A stretch of DNA of 64,000 nt from Psilocybe cubensis (taxonomy: Eukaryota): contig CM039004.1 of the NCBI GenBank assembly GCA_017499595.2, positions 2,914,001-2,978,000 on the forward strand, written 5' to 3'. Under the pieces are notes generated by a model that ran no database searches, was not told where the DNA came from, and saw only the letters and a list, made by a program, of their open reading frames with translations. This document shows positions 12,312-24,431 of the stretch, piece by piece (positions within the stretch are counted from its first letter, which is position 1; each line of letters opens with the position of its first letter). The position numbers and the translations under genes were made by a program.

Positions 12312-13936
12312 CTAAGATTCCTCATCCCAGGGTGTTTCCGACACGTCCTCGCTAAGCTCTTCCGAGTTACCGGAAGCATCTGACTCCTCCGTCGTATCAC
12401 CGGCGGAAGACTCCTCATCCGCCTCCTCTTCAAAGTCCTGTGCGAGATGCTCTAAAAACGTAGCTGGTGTAGAGGATTCAGTGGTATCGGACGTACTATC
12501 AATATCATCCTCTTCTCCCGGGAAAACAGGTCTTGACCTTGCGTTAAAAAGGAAGGCATTGCTGGTGTGTGCATTTGACGGAGGGCTGACGGAACCGGGA
12601 GTAGGCAGAGTATCTGTTGGGAGATGAATATTTGCAGTGTTGGAGGGTGGCGAATGATACCAGAGTGGATGAAAAGGTAGTTCCTTGACGGCAATAAAAG
12701 AATAAAAAATGTCGTTGATGTAAAATGAAGCGACTTTGAGCTTTGAGACCTCGAAGGACCGGGCTTGAGCCGTTATAGCACCCCAACTGTCAGGAGAAGG
12801 GTGAACGGGATGCTGAAATTTGTATTTGGCTGAAAGCCCCTTGCCGTTAGAGAACGGGTGCTCCTTAGAGTCAATCCACATCTTCTCCAATACAGAATAT
12901 CTGCCCAAGGCGGCCGAAGAAGTAGTCACTGCTTTATGGGCATTCTTCATTTTGTCCGCCACATTCCGGCGCAGGTGAGCCAACTCCCTCATTACGCCCG
13001 TTAGGATAGGCTGACCGCAGCGGGGACAGTAGGGCGGTCTGTGGTCAGAAATTGCAATTGGGGATGTTTCATCCCGCGTGTTTGCAACACGGGTCGGCGG
13101 ATTGGGTTTCCCCGTGGGCGGTGAAAACGCGGAGCCGTGCTTTCCCGTCAACGCGGATCCGTGCTTCCCCGAGGTGGGGACGGATGTCCGTTCAGCCGCC
13201 TTTCCCTTGCCCTTGGGATTGTTTTCCTGATTTCTTGGAGGCCCAGAGGTAGATGAACTTGCGCCCTCCTTAGCTTCTTTCCTCTGATTATTTAGCCGGA
13301 GTACCTCTTGTTGGTATTCAGGCAGAACCACCTGGTGGGAAGGACGCAAATCAGATATAATCCACAGCAATAAAAAAACATACCTTGTTCCAAAATTCTC
13401 TTGCTTGCGATTCAACGGTAACAAAGGCAACTTGCCACTCATCGCCTTCAGCAAATCCGTCCCTCCACCAATATCCCCAGCTCTTGGTCTGATTTAAAAT
13501 TTCATCATCTTCCCATGCTGACCAGCTTTGATTTAGAGATTCAAATAAAACAGCTCGATGGTGGGGAGTTCGGTTCAAAACGGCATGTACGCTCTGATTG
13601 AGAATTTCTGATATAAAAAATGGAATATTGACTTGGAATCCATTGACATAGCAGTATCCGAGTACTCTCAGCAGTATAGCCTGACGACCAGTTCTCAATA
13701 CAAGATATAATCGTTCAAAATTACTGTCTTACCACCTCCAGGTCGAGCAAATACATCCATTTTTGGCGACGCACGGAGGAAACAGAGTCTCCGTTTGCAA
13801 TGAACAAACGGTATCCGGCACGGATCCGTGCACCACAAATATGGACATGAACTTTGGCCAGAGCACGTCGCTTATCATAGGTAAGGAGATGATGTTCGTC
13901 CTCGACAGGAGGTTTAAAAAGCCGCGGTAAGTGCAT
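12312..13936 (-). CDS. Uncharacterised KDZ cargo protein (~500 aa, CPRC motif, acidic tail)
   Basis: Predicted exons 13936-13733, 13680-~13385, ~13331-12312 join in frame via GT-AG introns. Confidence 0.6.
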
Positions 13937-13980
13937 GAATTCAACGAGATGGGATACAACAAGAATGTTCAAAGAACTGG

Positions 13981-16900
13981 TTAATCTGTAATTATAAATC
14001 TCCACACGGACAGATACTCCGGGTTAATTTGACGGAAGACCTTATCCGCGGCCCGCCCCAAATCATTCCACATGGCAATCTGCTTTTGAGCATTTGCCCT
14101 GTGACCAACTAACCTGTCAGGAACAAAATCATGCCGTGCACGCCATGTCTTTGCCATATACACATAAAATCTGACAGTCCATTCCATTTCCTTTTTTGTC
14201 AAGGCCAGCTCTTCTTGCCATCTATTCCTCTGAGCTCGCGCGCGGAGCCAGTTTAGCCTGAAGACTAAGAAGCCCTTGAGAAAAAAATTAGAAATACAAA
14301 TAGCAGTACTCACACTCATTAACGTATAATTGATTATCATTGTCCAGGCCCTGACGGGATCTCCAAATCCAACTTAGACGGTCCGAGCTTCCTCCGCGAA
14401 TGTTCGGATCCGACACGGCATTACTATGCTTGCAATCATGGACTTGCAGAATGGGATATTGTTTCCGAATATTATCCTCGTCTCGCACGCCAGCAGATAA
14501 ATAGATCATCTTCTGACGGTTTGTGTTGTAGAGTCGCCGGTGCAATTTCCAGGAAGCATTCAAAAGCTTGACGCCATCCCAAGCACGAGTCCCCATATAG
14601 ACGGAGTCGGCGGTCCGAACCTGATATTTATACTGCCAAGAAAGCTGGATCAAGGCTGACCGGACCGCTTCCAGACAGTCCTCTGCGTGGCCATGTCTTA
14701 TTTGAAGTTCAAGTTTGCGAAGCCCTTTTAAAATGAGGTTTGTTCCCGCGTCAAGGCCGTCAAAGAAATCTTGTTTGACGGCGGAGGGAAACGGAAGCGG
14801 CTGTCGTTCCGGATCCGCGCGGGTAATGTTGACATTTCCAAGATCAGGATCGTCGTTGTCACTGACTTCATAGTCAAGTATGGGAGCAATGTCCCCTTGA
14901 ATATCCTCCAAGACATCTTCGCCCATGAAGGTCATAGCGGATCGACAGAAGGCTTCAACGCGGGTCCGCATGGAGCGACGTTTATTGACCAAGTCAAGTT
15001 TCTGCGCGGTGGAAGGATGCTTTCCGAGCTTTCTGACATGGTCCCTGAGCTCCAATCTAAAAGCATGTTAAATTCTGTAGGATGCAATTGAAATAATCGT
15101 ACTGCGCTTGCTCCAGTTTTAAGCCGGATGATATCCATGCTGCCTTTCCAGTAGCACCATTAGATGTAAGTTCCATATTTGAAAGATGCAATTCAATTTC
15201 TTGGCGTCCAGCAGCCGTTTTCACTTTGCTTGCCATTACCTTGCCAACAGCGTCGGCCACACCTTGTTCTCGGTCCGCTTCTGCTTTTGAAATTTCATCT
15301 TCCCAAGTGTTGATGAGCCCGGAATCTTGTTGATCCGTGATACCCCTATAAAATCGGTCTGTGATTCCGGACTGTTCCCGTGCCCGTTTGAACTTTGCAG
15401 CAATTGTTGCAGCCATATTAATGGTCTTCTTCCAGTTGGAATCCCCCATGTGGTCGTCCAAAACCTCTGCTCGATGGGCAGTGGTAGCGGAACGTGTACT
15501 CCGGGATGTGTCATTTAACACGGACCACAACGGCTCCAGGATTTCTCCGTCAATGATTCCCACACCCGGGACATAGGTGGATGCGTAGTTGTAAAGACAT
15601 TCCGTCTTGTGCCCATGGACGTGAAATAAACCAATTGCAAAAATCATTTTAACAGAAGGTGGCCAATGCATTTTTGTGGACTCTGAGAGACGCCTTGCCA
15701 AGTTAACGCAATATTGACAGTTTATATCGTAGATTTCCAAATGTTTTGTGATTCCCTGTGTGTTGGTAGTTTCCCTGGCCTGAGTCAAAGACCAATCCAT
15801 GTGCATCTGCTTTTCGCCTTTGTCAAAATCGACAACGCTGGATGGACAGAAGCATCCGTGCCTAGCGCAAGCGTGTGCCCCAATTCCACGTACTCTCTTA
15901 CCCGGGCTGACTCTGTTTTCAGCTTTCTGGGCGTGGTAGTTATGACATGTTTGTTCCTGATATTTTTTTACACAGAGGATAAGCCATCCGCCGTGGAAGA
16001 TTTTTTTGACACGGAAGGGAAGCATCCGCCGTGGAAGATTGTGACACGGAACGTAAGCATCCGCCGTGAAAGATAAATCATGGTAGATAACGCACCCGTT
16101 TATAACGTGGAGCAAGAGAAATTGCTTCCTTGATGTGCTCCTTGTATGGGCCCGGAGCAGTCATGTATCCTTCTCCAACGCTCAACCAAACATCGTCTCC
16201 CTCGTTTTTCTGATTGAGGTGATCTGCTTTGAAATTACCATCTGCAACATAACTACGTATGTACAGATTGCTATTTGCTGTTAATTGCAGTCACCCTTGA
16301 AGAATAACTAAAACTTGCCTGTCAGCATCATCAATCCAGGTATCAGGTAGGTTTATTCCAGGCTGTGGACAGGCGGGGCAGAATAAGGCCAACTTCCCTC
16401 TCCTATCTTCAACTTTGGGATGATCCTCGGTCCGCGTCATTTGTGGTGCAGGCGGACCATCTAATCCGCCGTGTCCCAGAGACGGGTCCGTTGACATTCC
16501 GACTTCTTGAGACGGACTATCAGATCCGCCGTCAATTGGATCAGATACATTAATACCCATCCTCTCTGGTGATGAATCATGGCAATGATGATAGTAAGGG
16601 ACCACCGCTTCTCTTGTATGCCCTTCTCCGTATTGTCGTCTCAGGACAAGGTCCCTGTATTCTCTACTAAGCCTTCTCAATTCACGATAGCGGTTCAGCA
16701 CCTTTTTTGGAAACGCTGGCAAAGTCAGTCTTCGCAACTTTTGGTAATACTGATAAGCCGACGTTTTGCACTCGAGGTTGTCCATCCGAAAGTCCTCAAG
16801 GACCTCAACTGTGAACACAGTTTGAACGTTTTCAAAGCTGGCTGCAAATAATCCCATCTCCAGATACTGTAAATCGATAGACGGAAGGCGGACGGACCGG

Positions 16901-17903
16901 CATGTGCATGTTCGCACGGGCAGATAATGGACTCCGGAGGTGTGCACAATTGCCTTGAAAGGAATTCCATTGTTGTCTGCTGCCTTTGGACGAGGTTGGT
17001 CCAGATAGGTTGTATCGACTTCCTCGAATAGATCATCGTCTTCATCGTCTCCATCGTCCAGCTCAACCAAATGGGGTACCTCCGGGTCCGCCAGAAGCTG
17101 AGCCGTAAAGGATTCTTGGTCATTGCTCGCAGGAAGCGGATCCAGGTCCAATCCGTGTTCATCCTCAAAGATGGGCGAATTGTTTCCGCCGTGCCCATGA
17201 CTCCCGGATGAATTGTTTCCGCCGTCGCATCCTAGATGGCTCGGATCCGTGGGATAAGGACACCGCTTCCCATTATGACCCAAATACAACTTGACACCCA
17301 CTTCCCACAGAGCTCCCGGACGGAAATATAGACCCGTCCACTTCTCAACGCGGTGGAAAGGTGTAAATTGATGGTTTCTTCGCAGGCATTCAGAACACAA
17401 AATTCTAGAGCCAAAGCATTGGCAACATCTCCACACTCCAGACATTCCTTGACATTGCTGACACCGTCCATTCAGATCCGGATCCGGGGCTTCTCCTCCA
17501 ATCATTGTTCCAAGATACACCTCTCGTTTCGGGAGCCATTCCCTCAGGTAATCATTTTGAGACTGGATAGGTAAAGTCATCCTGATCATTCTACTAAAAA
17601 CATGTTAAAACATACCTTTCCTCCCGTTCTGTCGTCATCTAGCTGTCTCAGGTTATCAAGTACCTGCTGATCAGTTAGATCTCCCGGATAATGAGGTATT
17701 TCTTCTTCCAGAATGTTGTGTTCATGGTTTTGGAAAGAGTAAGTCGTTGTTTGAGGGAGGTTTGTTGATGATGATTCTGCAGGAAGTTTGTGGATCCTCG
17801 GCCGCCCTCTCTTTCGTTTCTTGGCCCCACTAGACCAGGAGGCCTCCCGAACATTGGGAAACTCCTCATCCGATCCCCTATCAGGTACTTTCTTGAAGCC
17901 CAT
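13981..17903 (-). CDS. KDZ transposase with CxC2 cysteine cluster, apparently intact
   Basis: HRVEKW..LGHNGKRCP, HTSGVH..CTC, CPACPQPGINLP, VADGNFK, CARHG..DFDKGE, YDINCQY, FHVHGH..C, DGEILEPLWS; six predicted exons, no internal stop seen. Confidence 0.93.
15978..16075. repeat. Three ~35-bp direct repeats with core AAGC(C)ATCCGCCGTG in transposase intron 15957-16095
   Basis: Read directly from the sequence. Confidence 0.8.
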
Positions 17904-18782
17904 GGATGTTGGAAACAAAGAGTCTGACAGCCTGTGAGCGCAGATCTAAATGTAGTATAACATGTTTATTTCTGTAGATAAATTTCCCTCAATTATGCCG
18001 TTTTAAAGAGGAGAAAAATAGCTTTCATATGACTTATCTTGCAGCATATTTGGATGAGTGAGTGAAATGTTATGAACAAAACTTAATCCAGAGATGCACA
18101 AAATGGACGTGATCCCATCATAAATGTACAATATGATGCAGAACGACCCTTTCAGAACCACACTTTGGAGTGTTTTTGAAATATCTTTTCACTGGCTGGC
18201 CCCTCATTCCTCCGGCGTATATCATATGAAAGATATTTTTAATAGCTACCGAATGACATTTTTTGTAGAATGTGAATCCTCGTATTTAAGGAGATATTCT
18301 CAATATACTAGAAAATGTGTCAAAATGAGCTCACTGGGATCATTATATTTTTTGAAAAAAATTATGCATTTGAATACCTCTCATGGTCTCTGAGATGACT
18401 GCCGTTTTGGGTTTCACAAGTTTTGGGTGAGAAGACGTGAATTTGAATTTTGTGTTTCTGTATCTTTACAGCCATCTAACAAGAATTTAAAACCTTGTAA
18501 AATTATCTTTATATAAAGCGCTAAATGTTTACAAAATTTCATGTTTATTGATTGAGTGCAGAGGGAACTATTGCAAAATCATGAGGTCAATGTATGTGAC
18601 AGCGACCAGCATGCTTTGATCATCGTGGCCGACGATGAAGCGGGATTACCTGATTGGGAAAAATATGACATCACATCATTCATTTAGTATGATCGGAAGC
18701 TTATTTTATCTCCGTATGACGTGAGATTTGACTAGATCACACAGATACTCATCGATAAGCTACTTGTTACATCGCTGCAATT

Positions 18783-21093
18783 ATGCCCACCAATGCATCC
18801 CCCGACGCGGATCCGCTTCCTTCCACCGCAAATGCCACAACCCACAACGGACCCAGAAGCGGACAGACGGCGGAGGGTGACTTTCCGCCGGAAGAATCAA
18901 ATATATGGACCACAAAGGAAATGCGCGTGTTGAAAAAGCATGTACAGCCCTACAAAGATACATCAAAGTCATCCAAAGCAGACTACATACAGAACACTGT
19001 CATACCTGAGCTGCAAGCTACATGGGATCACAGATACTCTAGACGTGCTAGGAAGGAAGATAAGCAACTACACAAAGAATGGAAGGTGAAGAAGCATGTG
19101 AGCTCGTTGTTTCTTTGAAAATTTTGTTACACACATAAACCATCACAATAGCGAATTTTTAATTGGTTTAGAAACCATGCGTCAAATCGAATTGGTGTAA
19201 AATTGGAAGGATTGAACTCCCGTATAACCTTTCAGACGGTATTCCGTGAGGAGAAGTCGGCAGAGATTGACTCCGAGGTTGCGCTTCTATCAGGGAATGC
19301 TGCTCGTGGAAGTAAAGATTGGATGAAGTTTTATCAACAAGGACGTAAGCAGGTTGAGGCCAGATTGACTCAGGAGGAGCGGGACAGGTTCATGGAGATC
19401 CTTGAGGAATGGAATAAGAAAGGTGTTTCAAAATCAATGAAGGCAAAGTGAGTCGGTGGAACTTGTTTCCGCCGTCAATCTGACATCTGCAGGACTGCTG
19501 CCAGGCAAGGCAGAAAAATACTTCGACAAATGGAGAAACTTAAGTGGCAGAGAATGGGTATGAGGTCCATTACCTTTGAGGGGCATTATGATATTGAGGG
19601 TAAAATCGAATACTCAATGTAAGTGTTAAACACGGCATGAACAAGTTCCGCCGTGAATGCTTACGGCGGAAACTTTATCCGCCGTAGGGTGTTTACGGCG
19701 GATAAAGTTTCCGCCGTAAGCATTCACGGCGGAATAATTTGGCCCGTATTAATGTTGACTGATGGGCATTGAAGGACCCAGACAAGCGATCTAGCACTCA
19801 ACGATGTCAGAATTCCTTCCTTTGGGCAACTCTTTCCATCCGAGTTGGCCGCTTTTCACAGAGCGTTTGTTCAATACCTCGTCCACATTTCAGAAATAGA
19901 GAAGGGTGTGGCCAATCCAGCACTGCCAGATGCATCGTTTCATGAAAAATCCCTCAAGTTTAGCAGCAATGGATTTCCAATAGTACCTAGTCCTATCTAT
20001 GGCTCAACTGGGAGAGAAGTCGCTTATGCGCAAAAGTCAATTATTAGAATTTACATGAACAAGGTTTATGGTGTGTAATTTGTCTATGTCCTCAACAAAC
20101 TTGCTAACTATGTATACAGCTTTAGCCAAGGATAGGCCTGGTTCAAGTGTTCCTTGGGATGCTCTTGAAAGGCGTTCTGCAGAAATGATTGATCCAGAGT
20201 ATTGGCCAAGTTCAATCCCCGTGACGGATCCGAGCCGGCTCCGCCTGGAGTCAACCTCTGCAATTCTCAAGCTATGGAGGGACCGTCAAGCGCAAGGAGA
20301 CATCCCCTTTAAATTCTCAAAGGTTTTTGGAAATGGCTATGACATTATGGAACCTCTCTATCCGTCCAACTTGTTTGACGGCCTAGAAGCCCACCCGATA
20401 CCTCCACCTCCTGCAGCCATAACCAAACGTCGGCTGAGGCAAAAAGCTATACGACTTCAAACCCAATCTTCAAGCGACTCTGAATCATCCAATCTGTCAG
20501 AGTTTGATAATGGACGGGGCAGTCCGGCATCCGCGATGCCACGCACTACTGCCAGATTTGAAGTCACGCCAGAGACGGATGAGACTCCTACCGACGCACC
20601 TTCAAGATCTAGCGAGCCACCCTCTCTACCAAGTAGATCCAGCCCAACAATTGTCAATCCATCATCCAGCCCAACTCCAGAGGTTGAGGAGGCGCCTCCC
20701 AAGCCAGCTAGAAAGATTATGCCAAGAAAAAGAACAAATCCATATGTCGGAACGGCGGAAATGGACGGACCCGATGAAGAGAGTTCTGTACCCCCCCCAG
20801 TTAAGCCAAAACCAACTAGAAGGATTAAACCTAGGAAAAGAACAAAGCCCTACTCAGATCCACTTGACACAGTGGAAGAAGATGGAGTCCAAACAGGAAC
20901 AACCCAAGACACGGATAATACACGGGCTGGCAGGGACGTGACTTGTGATGCCTTTGTGGAGACAGTAACAAGTCCAGATACGGATGAAACACGGGCCCGC
21001 AGGAATGTGACTTCGGATGCCTTAGCACTTCAGGAAGCAAGTCTGCTTGTTGTAGCAGGTAAAAGACAAAGAAAAAAAACTTTGAAAGCCTAG
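18783..21093 (+). CDS. KDZ-associated protein with homeodomain-like and divergent HMG-box-like regions
   Basis: Predicted exons 18783-19097, 19152-19447, 19493-19618, 19775-~20072, 20121-21093; RIFNWFRNH and LTQEERDRFMEILEEWNKKG motifs; basic C-terminus. Confidence 0.7.
19646..19734. repeat. Perfect 41-bp inverted repeat with 7-nt loop, inside an intron
   Basis: TTCCGCCGTGAATGCTTACGGCGGAAACTTTATCCGCCGTA-gggtgtt-exact reverse complement. Confidence 0.95.
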
Positions 21094-21371
21094 CTGTTGA
21101 AGTAGATTCATGATACCTATTGAATGTGATGCTTTTTATTCTTATCTTGATGTTTCTCAAACATGTTTTCACACAAAATCAAAACAGAAAGCGGGGTTCA
21201 TTAAAAATCATCAAGTGCTACTTTTTGGGAGAGGTATAAAACAGATGAGCACATGAGAGTAAAAACTATATACAGTCCAAATGATGAAAAAATTGTATAG
21301 GGATGTGAGCAATGTAATATATGACAGGCAAAAAAGGAGACCAAAAAAAAGTTACAAAGAATTGAAATACA

Positions 21372-23210
21372 CTACTTTTTTTGGGCCTTGGATTTTTTGG
21401 GCGAGCGCGATGCTTCAGCCAGAGTCGTTTCCGCCTTTCGCTTTCGTCCAGCCCTTGTCTTTGTGGCTATGTTCGACGCGGGCAGCGTGGACGCCACGAT
21501 CTCAACATCCTCCTCCTCCACAATTTCAACCTCGTCGCTGTCCGAGGGATCAGACAACTCCAATGAGTGTCCATTCCCGGATGGCCCAGCCTTGGAGGAT
21601 GGCTTAGCCTTTGACAATGGCTTAGCCTTTGAGGATGGGCCGGCCTTTGACGATGGCGCGGCCTTTGACGATGGTGCACCCTTTGACAACGGTGCGGCCT
21701 TTGACGTCGAACTTCAAGGACGTGGAGCTGGGAGAGGGGGTGGTGGAGACAGGGAAAGGATGGGCGGTACCGGTGGGAGCGAGGGTCGGCCAGCTGGGGG
21801 GGGCGAAGGCGCTTCCGGAGTCGAACCGGGCAAGAATAGCGCTGTTGGTGGCGCAGACACGGCAGGGAGGACGGGTGCGGGTGGAGGTGGGGGAGGGGAA
21901 GGGAGGACAGGTGCTGGCGGTGGTGGAGGAGGGGAAGGGAGAATGGGTGCTGCTGGAGGTGGAGGTGGGGAAGGGAGGGGTGCTGGCGGTGGTGGTGCGC
22001 TTGGGGATTGTGGCACAGAGGTGGGTTCACGGGTCCGCGACGGACCCGATTCTTGTTTGACCTCCGTCTTGGAGGGTCCTGCTGCCTGTTTGGGGGCGGG
22101 ATTCCTTTGTTCATCCTGCTCCAGCAAATCGTCGACCACATCTCGGACGTGGTTGATCCTCTTGGTGATGTCGTTGAACATCGTGACGGAAAGCGAGGTG
22201 CTTCCTGCCACTTGTTCTTTGGCCATGGTCCATTCGGCCTTCACCTCTTGGATGCCGTCCTCGATGCTCTTCATCCTGTTCTCCACCGCCAAGTTCGTCT
22301 CGGCAAACGTCGCAATCCGTGCATTAATCGCCGTCATGGACGCGGATAACCCGTCCAGCCGTTCCATGATTCTGCCTTGGCGCTCAAAGAGCTGCACAAG
22401 CAGTTCTCCCACATCCTCGGGGAACGACCCTTCCCCGGCCTTCCCCTTCGCCGGAACATCTTCTCCCTCCTCCAACTTCAACGCCTCCCCATAGCTTCCC
22501 AGTGGCGTCGTCAAAAATTGACCCACGAAGGTGTTGCGCCCCGGGTAGAAGCTGCAGTGGATCTTGCGAGACTTGCAAGACTCGCAAGATTGGTGCTTCA
22601 CGGGGACGAGAGGCTCAGTGCCTGTCTCCCCCTTGACATAGCATGGCACCTTGAATTTGATGCATGCCGTGCACCTTTCCACCATGTCCACCATCCCCTC
22701 TGGCACCTGGCGCACTTTCTGGGATCTCGACCGCGCCTTCCTGATGGGGGGGACATCGTCCTCGGTGTCCTTCTTTACGGAACGCGTGCGCATCTTCCGG
22801 GTGGGGGTGGCAGTGGGGGTGGTAGGCGGTGCCCCTTTGTTATCGCCTTCGTCGTCCTCGTCGACGTCCGCGTCCGCGTCTTCGTCCGTGTGGCTTCCTA
22901 TGATCGCCTTGCTCCTGAATTTCCCCTGCTTGGACTTCGCCAATCTTGCCAGCTTCTCCCTGTACGCTGGGTGACCGGGCATGTTGGAGGCGGTAATGTG
23001 GGGAATGATTTCCCCCTTCTTTGTCCGTGGGCCCCTGTAATCCGCTGGAGCCAACTGAATGGACTCCACGGGGTCCGCCGCTTTCCGTTTGCCCTTGTCT
23101 TTGTGGGCGTCTGTCACGGGTCCGTCTTCCACCGGGGGTTCGACTGCCTTGCCCTTGCCCTTCTCGGCCCGTCTCTTCTCCGTCTCCTCCTTGTTCCTCT
23201 CCTCGTCTGT

Positions 23211-23244
<34 letters not shown>

Positions 23245-23946
23245 CTCTTCCTCCTCTCCTCCGCCTTCTGCCTCTCCTGCTCCCTGGTCCTCCTCTCCTG
23301 CTCCCTCTTCCTCCTCTCATCCTTTCTCCTCTCCTCCACCTTCTGCTTCTCTTCCTCCCTCTTCCTCCTCTCCTCCTCCTTCTGCCTCTCCTCCTCCTCC
23401 TCCCTCTGCCTCTCCTCTTCCTCCTCCCTCTTCTTCTTCTCCTCCCTCTTCCTCCTCACCTCCCTCTTCCTCCTCTCCTCCACCCTCTGCCTCTCCTCCT
23501 CCTCTTGCTCCTCCTTCTCCCTCCTCTTCTCTTGCTCCTCCTCCTCCCTCCTCTTCCTCTGTGCCTCCTGGCCTTCCTGGTAGGCCTTGAAGTTGGCGAC
23601 TTGATGTTTGAGCGTCGCCCAGTCGACCTCAAACCTGTAGATGTTCTCGCCGTCCTTGCCCTGGATGACTTTGTACGAGTAGACAACGGGGCTCGCAACA
23701 TAGTCAATGAGCCGGAAGCGGGCGGCGTCCCTGACATGCTCCTGACACAATGGAACCTATTGGAATTTTTTTTTTTGTTGAGCAAGTCATGATCTTATAA
23801 AATTGAGAACTTACCAAGTCCCTGTAAAGCTGCTCCAACTCAGCGTTGAACGCGCTTTCACCGTTGCGGTAGCACTCGGTAAACTTTTTTTCCCAGTCAG
23901 CGAGGCGTTGGGCGAAGGTGGCGGTGGTGGAAGATGAAGCGGCCAT
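21372..23946 (-). pseudogene. Zn2Cys6-cluster, E/R/K-rich coiled-coil, Pro-rich cargo protein with an in-frame TGA near the C-terminus
   Basis: CTAC-x6-C-x18-CESC-x6-C; one intron near 23757-23814; TGA at 21714-21716 is in frame with the downstream SSKAAP-repeat/KRK tail ORF. Confidence 0.7.
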
Positions 23947-24431
23947 TGAAAAAAGCGTGTTTTTATGGGGGAAGACGCGTTAAATGGGTGAGGCACGGTA
24001 GAACGTGAGGGTGGTGATCGTGGTTGGAGTTAGTCTAAAAAAAGTCTAAAAAAAAGCGGTCCCGCAAAACAAAACCATACACAAACATGTACAATCTGAG
24101 TCATGTGATTTCTTCACCAGATCCAGTTTGTGCAAAAGTTGCTAAGTTCGATACACGGGTGAATCTATTTCCGTGTCATGGAGAATCCTCGGATAGTATT
24201 GTATTCCGTGAGATATATAAACAAGCCCACCCAGTTGCACTTTCTGGACTGTATGTCCTCCTACAACTTTATTCCCACCTCTAGCAAAAATTCCCCCATT
24301 GACTACACCAGTCTTAACAATCTTACCAGGCTTCTTGAAAAACTGAAGGAACCTCCTCCCGTAAAACCTATAAAATGTAAGACTAATGGCATTAATTCAA
24401 GTAAATTTTAATTGATTTCTGAGCATCAGCA

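Noticed and set aside
21388-23792. Long plus-strand Gly-rich and Leu-rich ORFs (368 and 471 aa)
   Set aside because: Antisense shadows of the low-complexity Zn2Cys6 gene.
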